DNA of 63,766 nucleotides, filler included, from Octopus bimaculoides (Eukaryota): the NCBI RefSeq assembly GCF_001194135.2. It is 3 parts of 3 records of this genome, joined end to end, with 100 filler letters (N's around TTAATTAATTAA, not from the genome) between each part and the next. Parts side by side here need not be neighbours in the genome. Positions count along the whole stretch, not along the records: positions 19,006 to 41,487 come from NC_068981.1; positions 41,588 to 63,766 come from NC_068993.1; 1 more part is not named here. One strand, 5' to 3'. Position 1 is the stretch's first letter, and each line of letters opens with the position of its first letter. This document shows positions 37,331-51,191 of this stretch, one piece after another. Below the pieces are notes generated by a model. The model was not told the origin of the DNA. It saw nothing but the letters and a program-made list of their open reading frames with translations, and searched no databases. The position numbers and the translations under genes are program-made.

Positions 37331-38682
37331 GCAATATTACCTAATTACCTTGCAACAAAATCCTATTTTTTTTGTTCTTTTATTCTTTTTGTTTCAGTCA
37401 TTTGACTGTGGCCATGCTGGAGCACCACTTTAAAAGCATTACTACTACATACCACAGTGAATATAACAATAAAATCACCTTGCTATAAATTCACATGCTT
37501 AACATTATTACACCATGAAATTGACCTAAAGCCAAAGAAAACTGTATGCATTCACTGGGCTTGCTAGAAATAGCAACCAAATCCCCCCTTTCACACAACT
37601 AACTATTTCCTTACTATCTTTCTGCTAAAATACACAACCTTTCTTTCAATCAATTTTGAAAATAATAAAGAAATTTAGTAAAAAAAAGTTTGTCATTAAG
37701 CTGTATTTGGAACATAAATTAACATGAGATATTGATGGAAAGTTCCAATTTAGATCTCTGGAAAATTTATATCTCTTTAAAACAGGAAGTTTGTGTCACA
37801 GCATCAAGATGATCTCAAATATGTTGGCGACAAAAGGTTTAAAGATTGTCTCATTGTATAATGCCATCCAAAATACCTCTAAAATGATCAGAATGGTACA
37901 GCTGCAATGCCATTGATCATAGATCTGCTGAATCCAAGATTGCTTGGGGTTAAACAAGATCATAAACTACATAGAGGAATTGATATTTTGAACTCTATTT
38001 CTTTAATATTCTTTCAGTTTTTCTCATGTGATGCTAATTTTTTCCGTCTTTTGCCAAGTTTATTTCCAAAACAGAAATTTGTAATGCCCATACCTTTCTC
38101 AGAAAACCTCTATAAAAGAGTGTAAGCCAAAATGATTCTCAACAAACGATCGATGAAATATTTTGAGTAAGTCAAATATAAATGAATGCTGTGGCCAAAT
38201 AGCAAAATACTGTGCCTACCATAAGTTATCATGGACTCTTAAGTCTCACGTCAATAAGCTAATACATTATCCTTCCATATTATAACTTTGGAATTTACAG
38301 ATTACTCTTGCCAAAAACTGAGGATCAATAAGCTCAATGTTTTGCTATGTCGCACTTTCTCTCTTTTTTCAACATCACCATTCTCTTAGTCTCCCCACAT
38401 TCTCATTTTAACATTATCTCACTAAAACTTTGCCTCTCTCTTCATTTTAACCACCCACATTTTTTCTATAATGACACTGTCGCTTGCTTTTCTTCGGCAT
38501 TCTTTCAGTCTTAGATGTCTCATTTCCTCTATTTTCTCCTCCAACACTCCATCTTTATGTATGTATGTATGTATGTATGTATGTATGTATGTATGCATGT
38601 ATGTACGTATCTATCTATCTATCTATCTATCCACCTACCTACCTACCTACCTACCTACCTACCTACCTACCTACCTACCTAC

Positions 38683-38725
<43 letters not shown>

Positions 38726-39791
38726 ACGATCTCTCTGTCTGTCTGTCTCTTTATCTATCTATCTACCTACCTACCTANNNNNNNNNNNNNNNNNNNNNNN
38801 NNNNNNNNNNNNNNNNNCTATCTATCTATCTATCTATTCATATATCTGTGTATCTATCATATCAGCTTTCCTCATGCTCAGTAGATCTCACTTTTTCTTT
38901 CTTTTCTTTATATTTTATCATCTTTTATGTGTAATTCCTGATTCCTCTTTCTATCTTCCTTTCTCTACAATTTTTCCTATCCTTCCCTCTCTCTCTCTCT
39001 CTTCTTTTCTCTCTCTCCTATTCTCTCTCTCCTTCACACACATTTCCCCTCTCTTTCTCCTAATATCCCATCTTCTACTCTCTCTACTTTCTTACACTAC
39101 TTCATTTTCATTTTATGTCTGCTAAGACTCCACTTTTCTTTCTATTTTATTTATTTTCACAAACATTCTTTTTATTCCAGTGTTTTTCCTTCTATGTTCC
39201 CCACTCTTTCTCTCTTTGTATTTCTTTTTCTGATATTAATAATTAGTTCTTTCCAATCTTGGTAACACAAACTTTAAAGAAATAATTGATTTTTCATCAC
39301 GTTTTTCTTTTCTTCTCATCTATTATATTTCAAATTTTGCCTCTTAGTTTAAATTATTATGGTAAATATTTTCTTTGTTATTCTTTTTGTTGTGGTATGA
39401 ATAATTTTGTTGCTGGTGTAGGTTTTGTTGTTGTTATTATTGTAATAGTGATAGTAGTGTTTCTTAGTTTAAAAGGAGATTTATCTCTTATTTGCTTCTT
39501 TTATTTTGAGATTATTATCATTGTTATTATTGTTTATTATTGTTGTTTATCACTGATATTATTGTTGCTGTTATTATAATTATTATTATTATTATTATTA
39601 TTATTATCATCATCATTATTATGCTAAAGATGTTACAGCCTAAAACACTCAACATTCTATACTTGAATAATTACTTCCCCTCCCCCAATATTTTTGTACA
39701 CACACACACACACGCGCACACATGCACACATAATGTATATATACACATGTATATGTGTGTGTGTGTGGGTGGGTGTATGTGTGTGTGTGTG

Positions 39792-39822
<31 letters not shown>

Positions 39823-41039
39823 ATACATACACATATATCATTTACATTTCCACTGTATTGATTTCAGTGATAAACTCACTGATTACTTTAATGAATGCAT
39901 TTCAGAGAGAAACTTTTGTTGTTGTTGTTGTTATTGTTATTGTCTAAAGGGATCTAAGAATAGCATGGATTAAGTAGAGAAGCCTCTAGAATTTAGAAGA
40001 AAAGAAAAGAAAAAAACAACAAAACAAATGAATAACATAACCTGACCCAAGTACAAAAATAAAATAATATTAAAATGAAACTGAAAAAGATGAAGTGCAT
40101 AACAAAAGCTGAATCTAAATTACTTAACAACATCAATTATTTTGCTAATTGTTAATAGTTTGGTTGATATAGAAACTGGAAATTAGATGTTAAAATATCA
40201 ATATTGAAAGACATTTGAAGATTAGTCGAGATTATTTTGTAATAGGAATTGAAAGACTGAAGAAAACAATACTTTATAGACATTGCAGAAACTCCTTAGT
40301 AGCAAGGAAACAACGGAATCTTACTAGCAGACAAAAATCTTAAATTAAATATTGTCTGGATTTTGTGTACTAGTAGTGGTAGTAGTAGTAGTAGTAAAAG
40401 AAGAAGGATGAGGATGAAGATGAGGAGAAGAAGTTGAAGGAGAAGATTTGAAGAAGAAGATTTGAAGACACAAACAAATCTATAGGTAAATAATAATAAA
40501 AGAAATCTCTCTCTCTCTCTCCCTCCCCCCTCCCCTCTATCTCTCTCTCCCTCTAGTTACTCATGATTGCCGACTGCTTCTATTTACGATGTAACTGAAG
40601 TATTATGTTTGTGAGTTAATCCGATGTATCTTCTTATCTCAGAAAGCTAATACATTCTATTTCCTGCAGGTTTTGACAAAGACAGATCAGGATATGTTTG
40701 TTTACATCACAACTATGAATTAATAATGAATTTCGAAGATCTTGCTTCCTAGATGTAAAATCAATCATATTCCATATTTTTGAAATAATAATAATTTTTA
40801 TCATACACATAATACCCCAAAATATTTACTGGGGCTAACTTCCCCTCACCCACACAACACTATACTTGACTTGTGCTTCAACTTATCAACTCTAAAAGAG
40901 TGGAAAGATAAAAATAACAACGAAATTAAATAAACTTTGGTGTGATTTGAACTCAGATAATACAAAGATATAGGTTGCTAATTACTATATGATATTTATT
41001 CTGTCTTTCTACTAATTTTGCCAAACTATTACATTTAAC

Positions 41040-41230
41040 AAGTGCTTTTGAAAAGATGGGATTAGTTGATACCATCAAAAGTTATACTTGACTGGTACTT
41101 CATTTTATCAACCCTGAAAGAATGAAAGATTTGATCTTGGCAGAAACTGAAGTTAGAATGTAAAGTGCATACACAAATATTGCTAAGTATTTTTCTTGAC
41201 ACTCTAACGATTTTACTTACTAACCAGCTT
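41040..41230 (-). mobile_element. Diverged Meta-like SINE
   Basis: GACTGGTACTTCATTTTATCAACCCTGAAAGAATGAAAG is the reverse complement of the family core. Confidence 0.65.
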
Positions 41231-41307
41231 GTCTACTGTATATATAAAAACATTTATTCCTGTACAGAGACAATAAAATTGACTGTTCCCCTACAGTTAA
41301 AACAATT

Positions 41308-41462
41308 AGTGGATGTGTGGTAAGTAGCTTGATTACCAACCACATAGTTCCGGGTTCATTCCCACTGCATGACACCTTGGGCAAGTGTCTTCTACTATAA
41401 CGTCAGGTCAACCAAAGCCTTGTGAGTGGATTTGGTAGACGGAAACTAAAAGAAGCCCATCG
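41308..41462 (+). mobile_element. CORE-type SINE (OR2-like)
   Basis: Aligns along its length with the reverse complement of 2238-2401. Confidence 0.85.
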
Positions 41463-41487
41463 CATATATGTATATATATATATATAT

Positions 41488-41587
41488 NNNNNNNNNNNNN
41501 NNNNNNNNNNNNNNNNNNNNNNNNNNNNNNNTTAATTAATTAANNNNNNNNNNNNNNNNNNNNNNNNNNNNNNNNNNNNNNNNNNNN
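41488..41587. other. Artificial 100-bp scaffold gap with six-frame-stop spacer
   Basis: 44 N + TTAATTAATTAA (41532-41543) + 44 N. Confidence 0.9.
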
Positions 41588-41599
41588 AATAATAATAAT

Positions 41600-41662
<63 letters not shown>

Positions 41663-41665
<3 letters not shown>

Positions 41666-41775
41666 GAGCTGGAAACACTACTACAGACAGTACATGGATT
41701 TACCAAAGAAATAGATATGAAATTTGGATTAGAAAAATGTGCCAAAGCAACCCTGCAAAGAGGAAAACTAGATAA
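41663..41775 (+). mobile_element. R4/Dong RT fragment directly after (TAA)n (41588-41662)
   Basis: KELETLLQTVHGFTKEIDMKFGLEKCAKATLQRGKL (post-YxDD region of R4-type RT). Confidence 0.75.
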
Positions 41776-42387
41776 AGCCAATGAAATAAGAACTTAGGAT
41801 TCAAATCCCGCAGTCTATACGACGAACATTTTTCTTCTAAACCTGTACTTTAGATCCCTTCTGATAACTTTGGCATATATTTATAACAGAAAGCGTCTTG
41901 GTGGGTCTTTATCTCCCTTCTTTATCTCCCTTCTGTTGTCGTAATAGAGAGAAATGAAATGACTTTGACCTACCATAACTTTTATATGATAACATAAGCT
42001 ATAGTTTATTTTTAGTCTTAATTTTTGATTTTTGGGTTAACTTCCCAATAACTGCACCATCCCTATTTGATCACATACACATAATCTAGTTTCATTATAA
42101 TAGCTAGTTCTATATTCTCATTCGTCTTTGGATATTAGATTTAGAAAAATAAGAATATCACTATTTAAGGTAATTACCTCTTGTTTCCGTGTTTATTTTT
42201 TATTTTACTAATTATTTATTTATTCACTAAGCTTCACTCATTTTGTCCTTACACGGACCAAGGCACATTCTCTTTGTTGTTCTGTCTATCTATTCATCTC
42301 TAATTATTCTTTCTCTAGGTTTACTTCTCTACTCTCCTTCTCTGCCTCTACTATCTCTGCCTCTACTTTCTCTGCCGCTACTATCGT

Positions 42388-42898
42388 GTCATCGGCTTCA
42401 GTTTAACGAAATATTTGGAACACATTTTCAATGATAAATGCTGCTAAGTAGAATGCTGTAGGTATCCATGAATCAGGAACCTTTATAAATCTTCACAATC
42501 ACAACCTCTCCTTATCTGATCTCCTCTATTTCTCTCGGTGTATCCACTTCACATTAATAGCCACAACAGTCTATGTTTCAAGATTATTGAAAAATAAACT
42601 TAATTACTAATGCTCCTTTTCACCCTGCTGATGGCAATGAAAAGTCAATAATTTGATAGCTTCCTCTCACACACGTGACACTCGTGTCCTAACTCATGTG
42701 ATTAATCACGTGTAAAATAATGAATCACACAATATGAAACAATATGTTGTCCTCAATTGTTATCTTTTATCAACTAATTGGCATTCAGCATCAAAAGCGA
42801 TTTTCAATCAAACACTCAACCAACTGTTCAAGTGTGATCTATTATATCACATTGTAATGATGTTTCCGCTGATATGAGGAGATGAGAGAATGAAGGAG
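42388..42898 (+). repeat. ~500-bp direct repeat, copy A
   Basis: Near-identical to 49731-50233; no TIR, tail or ORF seen. Confidence 0.9.
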
Positions 42899-43931
42899 AG
42901 ATAAAAGTGTGCTGCTGAAATATACCAAACAACAATAATCAACTTCCATGTTCGTGAACGAGAACTGAAACGTTGTTAAGAGGGTTCAATTGAAACGTTA
43001 AGAACACAGATAGAACTTAGACAATACATTAAGCTAGCTTGAGTAGATACGACAAAACGCTGAATCTTGTCAACGAAGCATAAATAATGAGAATACTGGT
43101 GGAATATACAATTGGGTGGTATGTGTGCTTATGTGTATATATGTATATGTGTGCGTAGTGTATAAATGTACGTTTACAGATATATATACAAACATATGTA
43201 TATACATATATACATACATGTATACGTACATTCGTATATACATATATACATACATGTATACGTACATTCGTATATACATATAGACAAAATTTGTTTCTGT
43301 TGTATATATATATACATACCAAAGGCATGTATATGCACAACATACAAATAGAAGTAAAATGAATCCCATACAACGTAAGTTCTGTATTTATCAAAACGAT
43401 TTGTCATAATTAACAAATGGCAATTAAAACCAAATACAGGTTACTGACAACTTATAGTTATTTCTCTTAGCTCCTTTTTGTGTAAAGTATGCATATTATA
43501 TAGGCTATAAATGTGTTATACTCACTTTATATATGTCTAACTGCCTTGGCTACCGGACAGCGGTCGTGCCTGTTTAGGCTGAAACACGGGTCACGAATAT
43601 CTTCATACTCTTAGACAATAAGCCTGTCTTTTCCTTAATGGCATATGAATTCTTGAGATTATCTCCCCTTCTGATATGGAGTCTTCATTGCTATTTGATA
43701 TTTCTGACACATCAAGAGGCAGCAACAATTTTAATAAATTAAGAATTTATGTTGTATCGTATTTGATGATATAACTATGCTTGTCTATATACGCATTTCA
43801 TAGTTAAGGCATACTCTCGCAAAACACAGAGGCACGGACAATATCTACCACTCTCGCTCTTCTACATTCTCCTTCTAATTCTCTCTCTTTTTCTCTCTCT
43901 CTCTCTCTCTCTCACTCTCTCTCTATCTTTC

Positions 43932-44006
<75 letters not shown>

Positions 44007-44170
44007 TTATATGACTTCATATCGCCAAAATCTGCTACACAACTTTCCCCGCTAGTTATCAATGTATGAAAAATGATGTAGCACTTTTGTACAAGTATTG
44101 TATGCTGGGTGTGGGATATTACTACAACAACAACAACAACAACAACAACTACTGCTACTACTACTACTAC

Positions 44171-44222
<52 letters not shown>

Positions 44223-45480
44223 TGATTAATTTGGAGAAGCTAACTGAATTTTGTATGTCGTAGTGAGGAACTCATTAAAATATTTGGGTACCAGACGAGC
44301 TTTTGAAGTTTAAAAGAGAAAACTACGAAAGTGAATGAAGAAAGAGAATTTTTAATTTAAAAAGACCGAAGAAACAGAATATTAAAAAAATCAAAGATAA
44401 TGGAGAAAGCTGCATAAAGAGAGAGAAGTGAGTGTAGTAAGAATAATTCCAAGTATGACATCAATGAATTGGTAAATTCATCGTGTGGTAGAATTGGTAA
44501 AGTAGATTAAATTGCATTCATTTAGTTGTTGAGATCAACATCGTTAGGTTATTATTCAGAGTATTAATATGTTGGCTTTATTCTTGAACTGTTGTATTGC
44601 AATTGTAGTCGAAAAGAACGTACGAAAACCATCTGAGAATTCAACGTGACTGATACTGAAATTTATAAGAATTTTAGAGAGAATTTTATACAATTGAAAT
44701 TGCTAATAATATTGTGGGAACATTTATAGCTAGAAATTTTATATTTATCGTATTCATTCATAACAATATTAATCTATTTTCTGGTTTTAACACATTGAGT
44801 TCTCATTGGTGTTAAGAATTATAGTTGGCTTTCAAATTGGAGTTACGTTTGAACTATATATGGTTAGGTAGGCCTGCGTTGGAATAAACGTGAATTAATA
44901 AAATTTTCATTAAAGTTAATTTCAGCAAGTTGATTATTCTTTAGATTTTCAGGTAATTATTATTGGTAGATGGCATAAACTGTAGCTTGAGTTATTGCTT
45001 TCCTCTATGGAACTATTATGTATTCATGAAAAATTATACTAAGTTTAGGAGTAAAATTACAAAATAGGCTTTGGGAGGATGTGTTTAGATATATCAGATC
45101 ATAGCATGATATGACATATCATCTAACATACGGTATGATAAAATATCATATGGATTGTGAAATATGGGATATATATTATGAGAGAAAGACAAACAATACC
45201 AGTGTATTTATTTGAACGAGTGTATTTATTTGAAAAGTTTCATATTCAATTTACGTTTTGCGATCAAGTCACATCTTTACAGCTATCTATGCCGCTTAAC
45301 TAGCTGATTGTTTATATACTATGTTATGTATGAAAATGAATGATATATAGTTCATATGGGTGTTACATAAGATGGGAAGACACTTTAATGGTAGTTTTGA
45401 TACACATATACATATATACACACAGACATGTATATACATATATACATACACACCCACGCGCGCACGCACGCATATATCTA

Positions 45481-45551
<71 letters not shown>

Positions 45552-45690
45552 ATATATATATGTATGTATGTATGTGTATATATTTTTAATTAAAAAAATA
45601 TTAAAACTTTGTGAAATGAAGGCATATCTCTTTCTCTTTTTTTATAAATGTTTTCCACGTACTTTCACTTCATAATTTTGCCATAATTTT

Positions 45691-45941
45691 ACTAAGGGTG
45701 CAAGTTAGTAGCAGCATTGCTAGAAATAAGAGCTAAAATAACTCTTAACCACAAACAGAGCATTTTCTATTCAATAGAGCACTTTCTATTCAGTGACAAG
45801 GGAGATAGCTTCATAGAATATAAACTCGCTTGCTGTGGGAAGGCTGTCTCCCTTGTTAATAAATAGAAAGTGCTCTGTTCGTGGCTAAGAATTAATTTGA
45901 CTCTCATTTTAACAATGCAGGTGCTGACTTGCACCCTTAGT
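45691..45941. repeat. 251-bp foldback element (MITE-like)
   Basis: Imperfect ~110-bp inverted arms from ACTAAGGGTGCAAG to CTTGCACCCTTAGT, with a 19-bp tandem duplication in the left arm. Confidence 0.85.
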
Positions 45942-46965
45942 CACTTTTAGTAACTATTGTATGTATGTATGGAAATATATATACATATGTATGTATGTAT
46001 GTATGTATGTTGTATGTATATATGTATATGTATGTAGTTGCATGTGTACGCATATACGTACATAACATACACATATCAGTATAAATGCCTTTCTGACATA
46101 AAACTCTTCCAGAAGAGATTGCTGAGACTTTTCTCATCAATGCTCAGAGTCAATTCCAAGCTATTGTCGCTCACATCCTTAACTAACCCTCTATAGAAGC
46201 CGATAATTGTATTCCAGCTACCGGCCTTCTTCAGCTTGTAGAATGCATTGAACACCAGACCATATTACAGACACTAAACGCTTAAATAAATATTAAAGTA
46301 TGCTTATCGAATATTGCAATTAACTCAGTGGAACAAAAAATGGTTTTAGGATTGCACTCTTGTTAAGTATTACCGCAGATTTCCTATTCCCTTCCTTTAA
46401 CTTCGTCCGTCCATACACTTGCTTTCCTATGTTTTTATTTATTTATATGTTTTTTTCTTTTTATATCTTGTTTTTATCCTTTTTTTCCTTGACTTTTTTA
46501 GGAATTTTTTTACTGGAATCTAATAATCTACTTTGCGTTTGTGAGCAGTCTTTCTTTTAAAAAATAGAATATGAAAACATTGATGAAAGTACGACATACG
46601 CCCACAAAAATATAAATACAGCAAATAAATGATTATTATTATTGTTTTTCTAACAACACTAATGGAAGTACAATTATGTATTTATTAAAATTATCTCTCT
46701 CTCTCTTTCTCTCTGTCTCCTTCTGATTAATCAAGAATTGATTGTTTACTTCGTTATTGTTTTAATTTCTTGTTCTTGATTTGTTTGTTTGTTAATTGTT
46801 TCTTTTCCTTATTATTTTGTATTTTACAATAAAATAGTTTTCACCGAAATGCATGAAGTAGAGAAATACCAAATGTCGCTTAAATCTTGAAACAATTTAT
46901 CATCCACTTAATGCCAATTCTTTTAACGAATATTGGCGCTGGATTTTTCTTGATACTACATTAAC

Positions 46966-46994
<29 letters not shown>

Positions 46995-47002
<8 letters not shown>

Positions 47003-47225
47003 GTAATCCTTTCTGCTAAAGACACAAGGTCTGAAATTTTGGGGAATGAGACCAGTCGATTATATCGATCCCAGTATTTCACTGGTACTTAATTAATCGA
47101 CACCGAAAAGATTTCATCCTTTCGGTCGACCGCGGCAGAATTAGAGCTCAGAATATAAGGACGGACGAAATGTTGTTAAGCATTTTGTCCGGCATCCTAA
47201 TGATTCTGCCAGCTCGCCACCTTAA
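46995..47225 (-). mobile_element. Meta-like SINE inside a (TAA)n tract
   Basis: Full head-to-tail match to the family; (TAA)n on both sides. Confidence 0.8.
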
Positions 47226-47309
47226 TAATAATAATAACAATAATAATAATAATAATAATAACAATAATAATAATAATAATAATAATAACAATAATAATAA
47301 TAATAATAA

Positions 47310-47500
47310 TGGCACAAGTCCAACAATATCGGGAATGTGGTAAATCGATTACATCGACCCCAAGGCTCTGCTGGTACTTATTATATCCACCTCAAAAGGA
47401 TGTAAGGCAAAGTCGACCTCGGTAGAATTTGAAGTCAGGGCATAAAGACGGACGAAATGCCGCTCAGTCTTTTGTCCGGTGTGCTAACGGTGCTGCAAGC
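47310..47500 (-). mobile_element. Second Meta-like SINE in tandem
   Basis: Same family, separated from the previous copy by (TAA)n/(CAA). Confidence 0.8.
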
Positions 47501-49324
47501 TCGCCACCAATACCGGGAGAGATTAATGCTTCCTCTGCTGATGTGTTTATAAATCTCGCGTTCAAAGCTTTTGCTACGAATATTGCACTTACTTTTTATT
47601 ATTCATTCTGCTCTTATTACTGCTGTTGTTGTCACTGGCGGTGGTGACAGTATTGACAGAAGCGACGCAGGCTACGGTAGAGGAGGCGGTGGCGCCGACT
47701 GTAGCGCCATTAATTTGGGTGCTGGTTGTAGTGGTAGTGGTGTTTATGCTGTTGGTTGCGATTGCAGTTATGCCCCTGCTAGTCTTTTATTGTATTTTGT
47801 TTTACCGTGTCAAATTTCTGTAAGATCCATCACTACTGTGTGGATATGTGTTTCTCTAAATGTCAAGTTACATATGTGTATATGTCAGTGTATTTGCGTA
47901 TGTATATGAATGTTTGTATGTGTTGCAGTGTTTGTAAGTAGGTTATAAAGCTGTGTTTTTTTTTTGAAGTCATACAACTATGTGTTTCGCGAAATCCCAA
48001 AGTTCCTCTGTTAACACTTAGAAAAATTGTATATATTTTATTCTTATTTTCTTTGCATATTTTATTGTTTATGCTCATATTCCAAATAGGTTTCAGCATA
48101 TCTTACTTTGGTAGAAACTTTTGTTATATATGTTTGTGATAGAATATCTCCCAAACTATTTTATGGACCCTGAGAGGTTTGAATTTTAAATACATCTTTG
48201 TATCGTATTTATTTCATACACAAAAAGGTTTTTGGTTTGCTTTTCTTTCATTGATTTAGATTTTTATTTACTTTTCAACTTGAATAAAACATATCGTCAT
48301 AATATTCGCTTCAAATATACCATTGCGTATTTATACTCATATTTTATGTGTGTGTGTATATATATAAATATGCGCGTGTGTGTGCGTGTGTGTGTTTGTG
48401 TATGTGTGTGTATCAAACACCCACACGCACGCACAAACACATACATGTATACATATATACATACGTATTTTACACTTCACAATCGACATATAGGTTTTAA
48501 ATATTTTCTGCTTCCTTTTAGAAATAGATGAAATTTAAAGTAAGATAAAAATTATATTATTTTATTGTAAACAAACCATAAACTCTTATAATTTTAGTAG
48601 ATGAGGTGGGAAATTAAGGAAATTATGTTCAGATCTTTTTCCAAACATTAGTGAGGCAGGTTCGCAAGTTTGTAGAAGCTAACTGAAGTGAAAGAAGCAC
48701 CATTATACTAATCCACAATAGAAACAGCTGATATCTAAGAACGTCAATATTTATTAGTTTTAACGAGTTAAGATGTATTTTATGAGGAAGTGGCATTGAT
48801 GATTTCCTGGTATAGCTCATTGAGAAAGAGACGTATTCAGTACTATAAGAAGAACGTGTCAGGGCCCGATTAACGCAGTACGAGTTCTGTTCAATTTTGA
48901 CGTGACTGTACGCAGGATGCACTGCAGGAGCCGCGTCACCAAAATAATTACATTACTTGTTTGTATCACGATCCTTAAAATAATGATTCTTTATCCACAC
49001 CCTAGCTTTCCTTAACTAAAATTAAATGAGCTGAAGTGAATGCCTCTACTAACTCACTCGATGAAGTACTATTAGAAATAGGAGGATGGTCATTATTGGA
49101 ATAACCCGAATTATAGTTCGGTTCCACTTAATCAGTGATTAGTTAAAGATAAACAACAGCAATAACATCAGGTGTGAAAAGATAGATAACAGTGAAAAGA
49201 GTACATGCGCAAGTTGTCGTACTCCATGTTATACAATTCAGCAGCTTGACATGTTGTAATGGAAAGGATATATATTTATGCATGTGTTTGTGTGGGAATA
49301 TGTATGTGTATGTAACAGCTTTGC

Positions 49325-49500
49325 TCGGCATGGCTCGCCACTTCATCCTACGTGGTTATCCTCTCACCACTATGCACACCGCCCTTGCCAAAGAACGTTC
49401 CGTGCACCGTGCTTCTGCTCTCTCACTCCGCACCCGCACCCGTCGTCACCCGTCTCCCGTTTCCCCTCACCTCCAACCTACCACCCTACCTCTCCAGCAT
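49325..49500 (+). mobile_element. Penelope-like element thumb/linker fragment
   Basis: MARHFILRGYPLTTMHTALAKERSVHRASAL...P...HLQPTTLPLQH (FxxRGYP motif of PLEs). Confidence 0.6.
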
Positions 49501-49596
49501 ACATACATACATACATGCATACATACATACATACATACATACATGTGTACGTACTTACAAACGTACACGGAGAAAGAGAGAGAGAGATGGTAAGAC

Positions 49597-49647
<51 letters not shown>

Positions 49648-49730
49648 GGCACAGATATTGGTCAACTCGAAAAGAGCTAACTTAGTGCTTCGAAATAACA
49701 ACTGTAATTTCAAGGGCAGTTACATTTCGT

Positions 49731-50233
49731 ATCATATCAGCTTTCACTTAACGAAATATTAGGTAAACATTATCATTGATAAGAGCTGCTAAGTAGAATG
49801 CTGTAGTTATCCATGAATCAGGAACCTTTATAAATCTTCACAATCACAACCTCTCCTTATCTGATCTCCTCTATTTCTCTCGGTTTATCCACTTCACACT
49901 AATAGCCACAACAGTCTATGTTTCAAGATTATTGAAAAATAAACTTAATTACTAATGCTCCTTTTCACCCTGTTGATGGCAATGAAAAGTCAATAACATG
50001 ATAGCTTCCTCTCACACACTTGGCACACGTGTCCTAACTCATGTGATTAATCACGTGTAAACTAATAAATGACACAATATGTTGTTCTCAATTGTTATCT
50101 TTTATCAACTAATTGGCATTCAGCATCAAAAGCGATTTTCAATCAAACACTCGACCAACTGTTAAAGTGTGATGAATTATATTACAGTGTAATGATGTTT
50201 CCGCTGAAATGCGGAGATGAAAGAATGAAGGAG
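49731..50233 (+). repeat. ~500-bp direct repeat, copy B
   Basis: Near-identical to 42388-42898. Confidence 0.9.
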
Positions 50234-50285
50234 TTTCATGTGGAATTCCTGCATTCACACACATATATATATAACATGTATTATG

Positions 50286-50323
<38 letters not shown>

Positions 50324-50364
50324 TACATACATACATAGATACATATATGTGTGTGTGTGTGGGT

Positions 50365-50448
<84 letters not shown>

Positions 50449-50633
50449 TTATACATATACTTCAGATTTATAGAAAATAAATGACGATGGGAGCTGGGTG
50501 AACAAGAAGCAGGTGTGTTAGTTTGACTCTTGGGAATACTGGAAAAGTCTTTGACATTTCGATCTGACGCTCTTCAACAAAAAGGCTTGAGACGAAAAGA
50601 TGTAAAGAACATATCCATATATACATACATACA

Positions 50634-50667
<34 letters not shown>

Positions 50668-51012
50668 CATACGTATATATAATTCATATCATAAGGGCAG
50701 ATGAAAGTGCCAGTCTGCTAGATGTAAGAGTTAAAACCCTCATTAAACCACCAATAATAACAATTAAAATAACAACAGTATTCGGGTAAATGGCAGTATA
50801 ATTCTAATTTAGGGCTGCAACTACTTATATTATTATTATTGCTGTTATTATCAATTACTTCTATTGCTCTTGATAATAATAACAATAATAATATCTACAT
50901 AATTATTTGCTTCTCAGTATATGCTTTGTATCGCTAACTCCCCTTTTTTTAATTCCCTGTCTGTTTATTTCTTCCTGTTCCTTTCTGTTGTATATGTATA
51001 TATATATATAGT

Positions 51013-51139
51013 GAAGTGTGTTTGTATATGGTCATGTGTTTCAGTCTACATTTATATGTGTGTGTGTATGTATGCTTGTCTGTTCATATTACCTATGTAC
51101 CTACCTATCTGCTTGTCTATCTTTTTACTTTCATATCCA
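51013..51139 (+). repeat. Left arm of a ~130-bp inverted repeat flanking the PLE
   Basis: Similar to the reverse complement of 52398-52528, including non-microsatellite sequence CATATTACCTATGTACCTA. Confidence 0.8.
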
Positions 51140-51191
51140 TTTGCCTACACACATGTGCATATATATATATATATATATATANNNNNNNNNN

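Noticed and set aside
40557-40750. Short GT-AG intron followed by the EF-hand-like peptide FDKDRSGYV
   Set aside because: The upstream exon has stops in all frames, the loop lacks the position-12 Glu, and the frame closes quickly.
43530-43620. Hammerhead-like GAAACACGGGTC with GTCTAA/TTAGAC pairing
   Set aside because: No CUGANGA core and no convincing helix II.
44120-44222. (CTA)n(TAG)n palindrome
   Set aside because: A simple junction of complementary microsatellites.
48629-48922. 97-aa ORF with a hydrophobic stretch
   Set aside because: No recognisable domain or splice context; within chance expectation.
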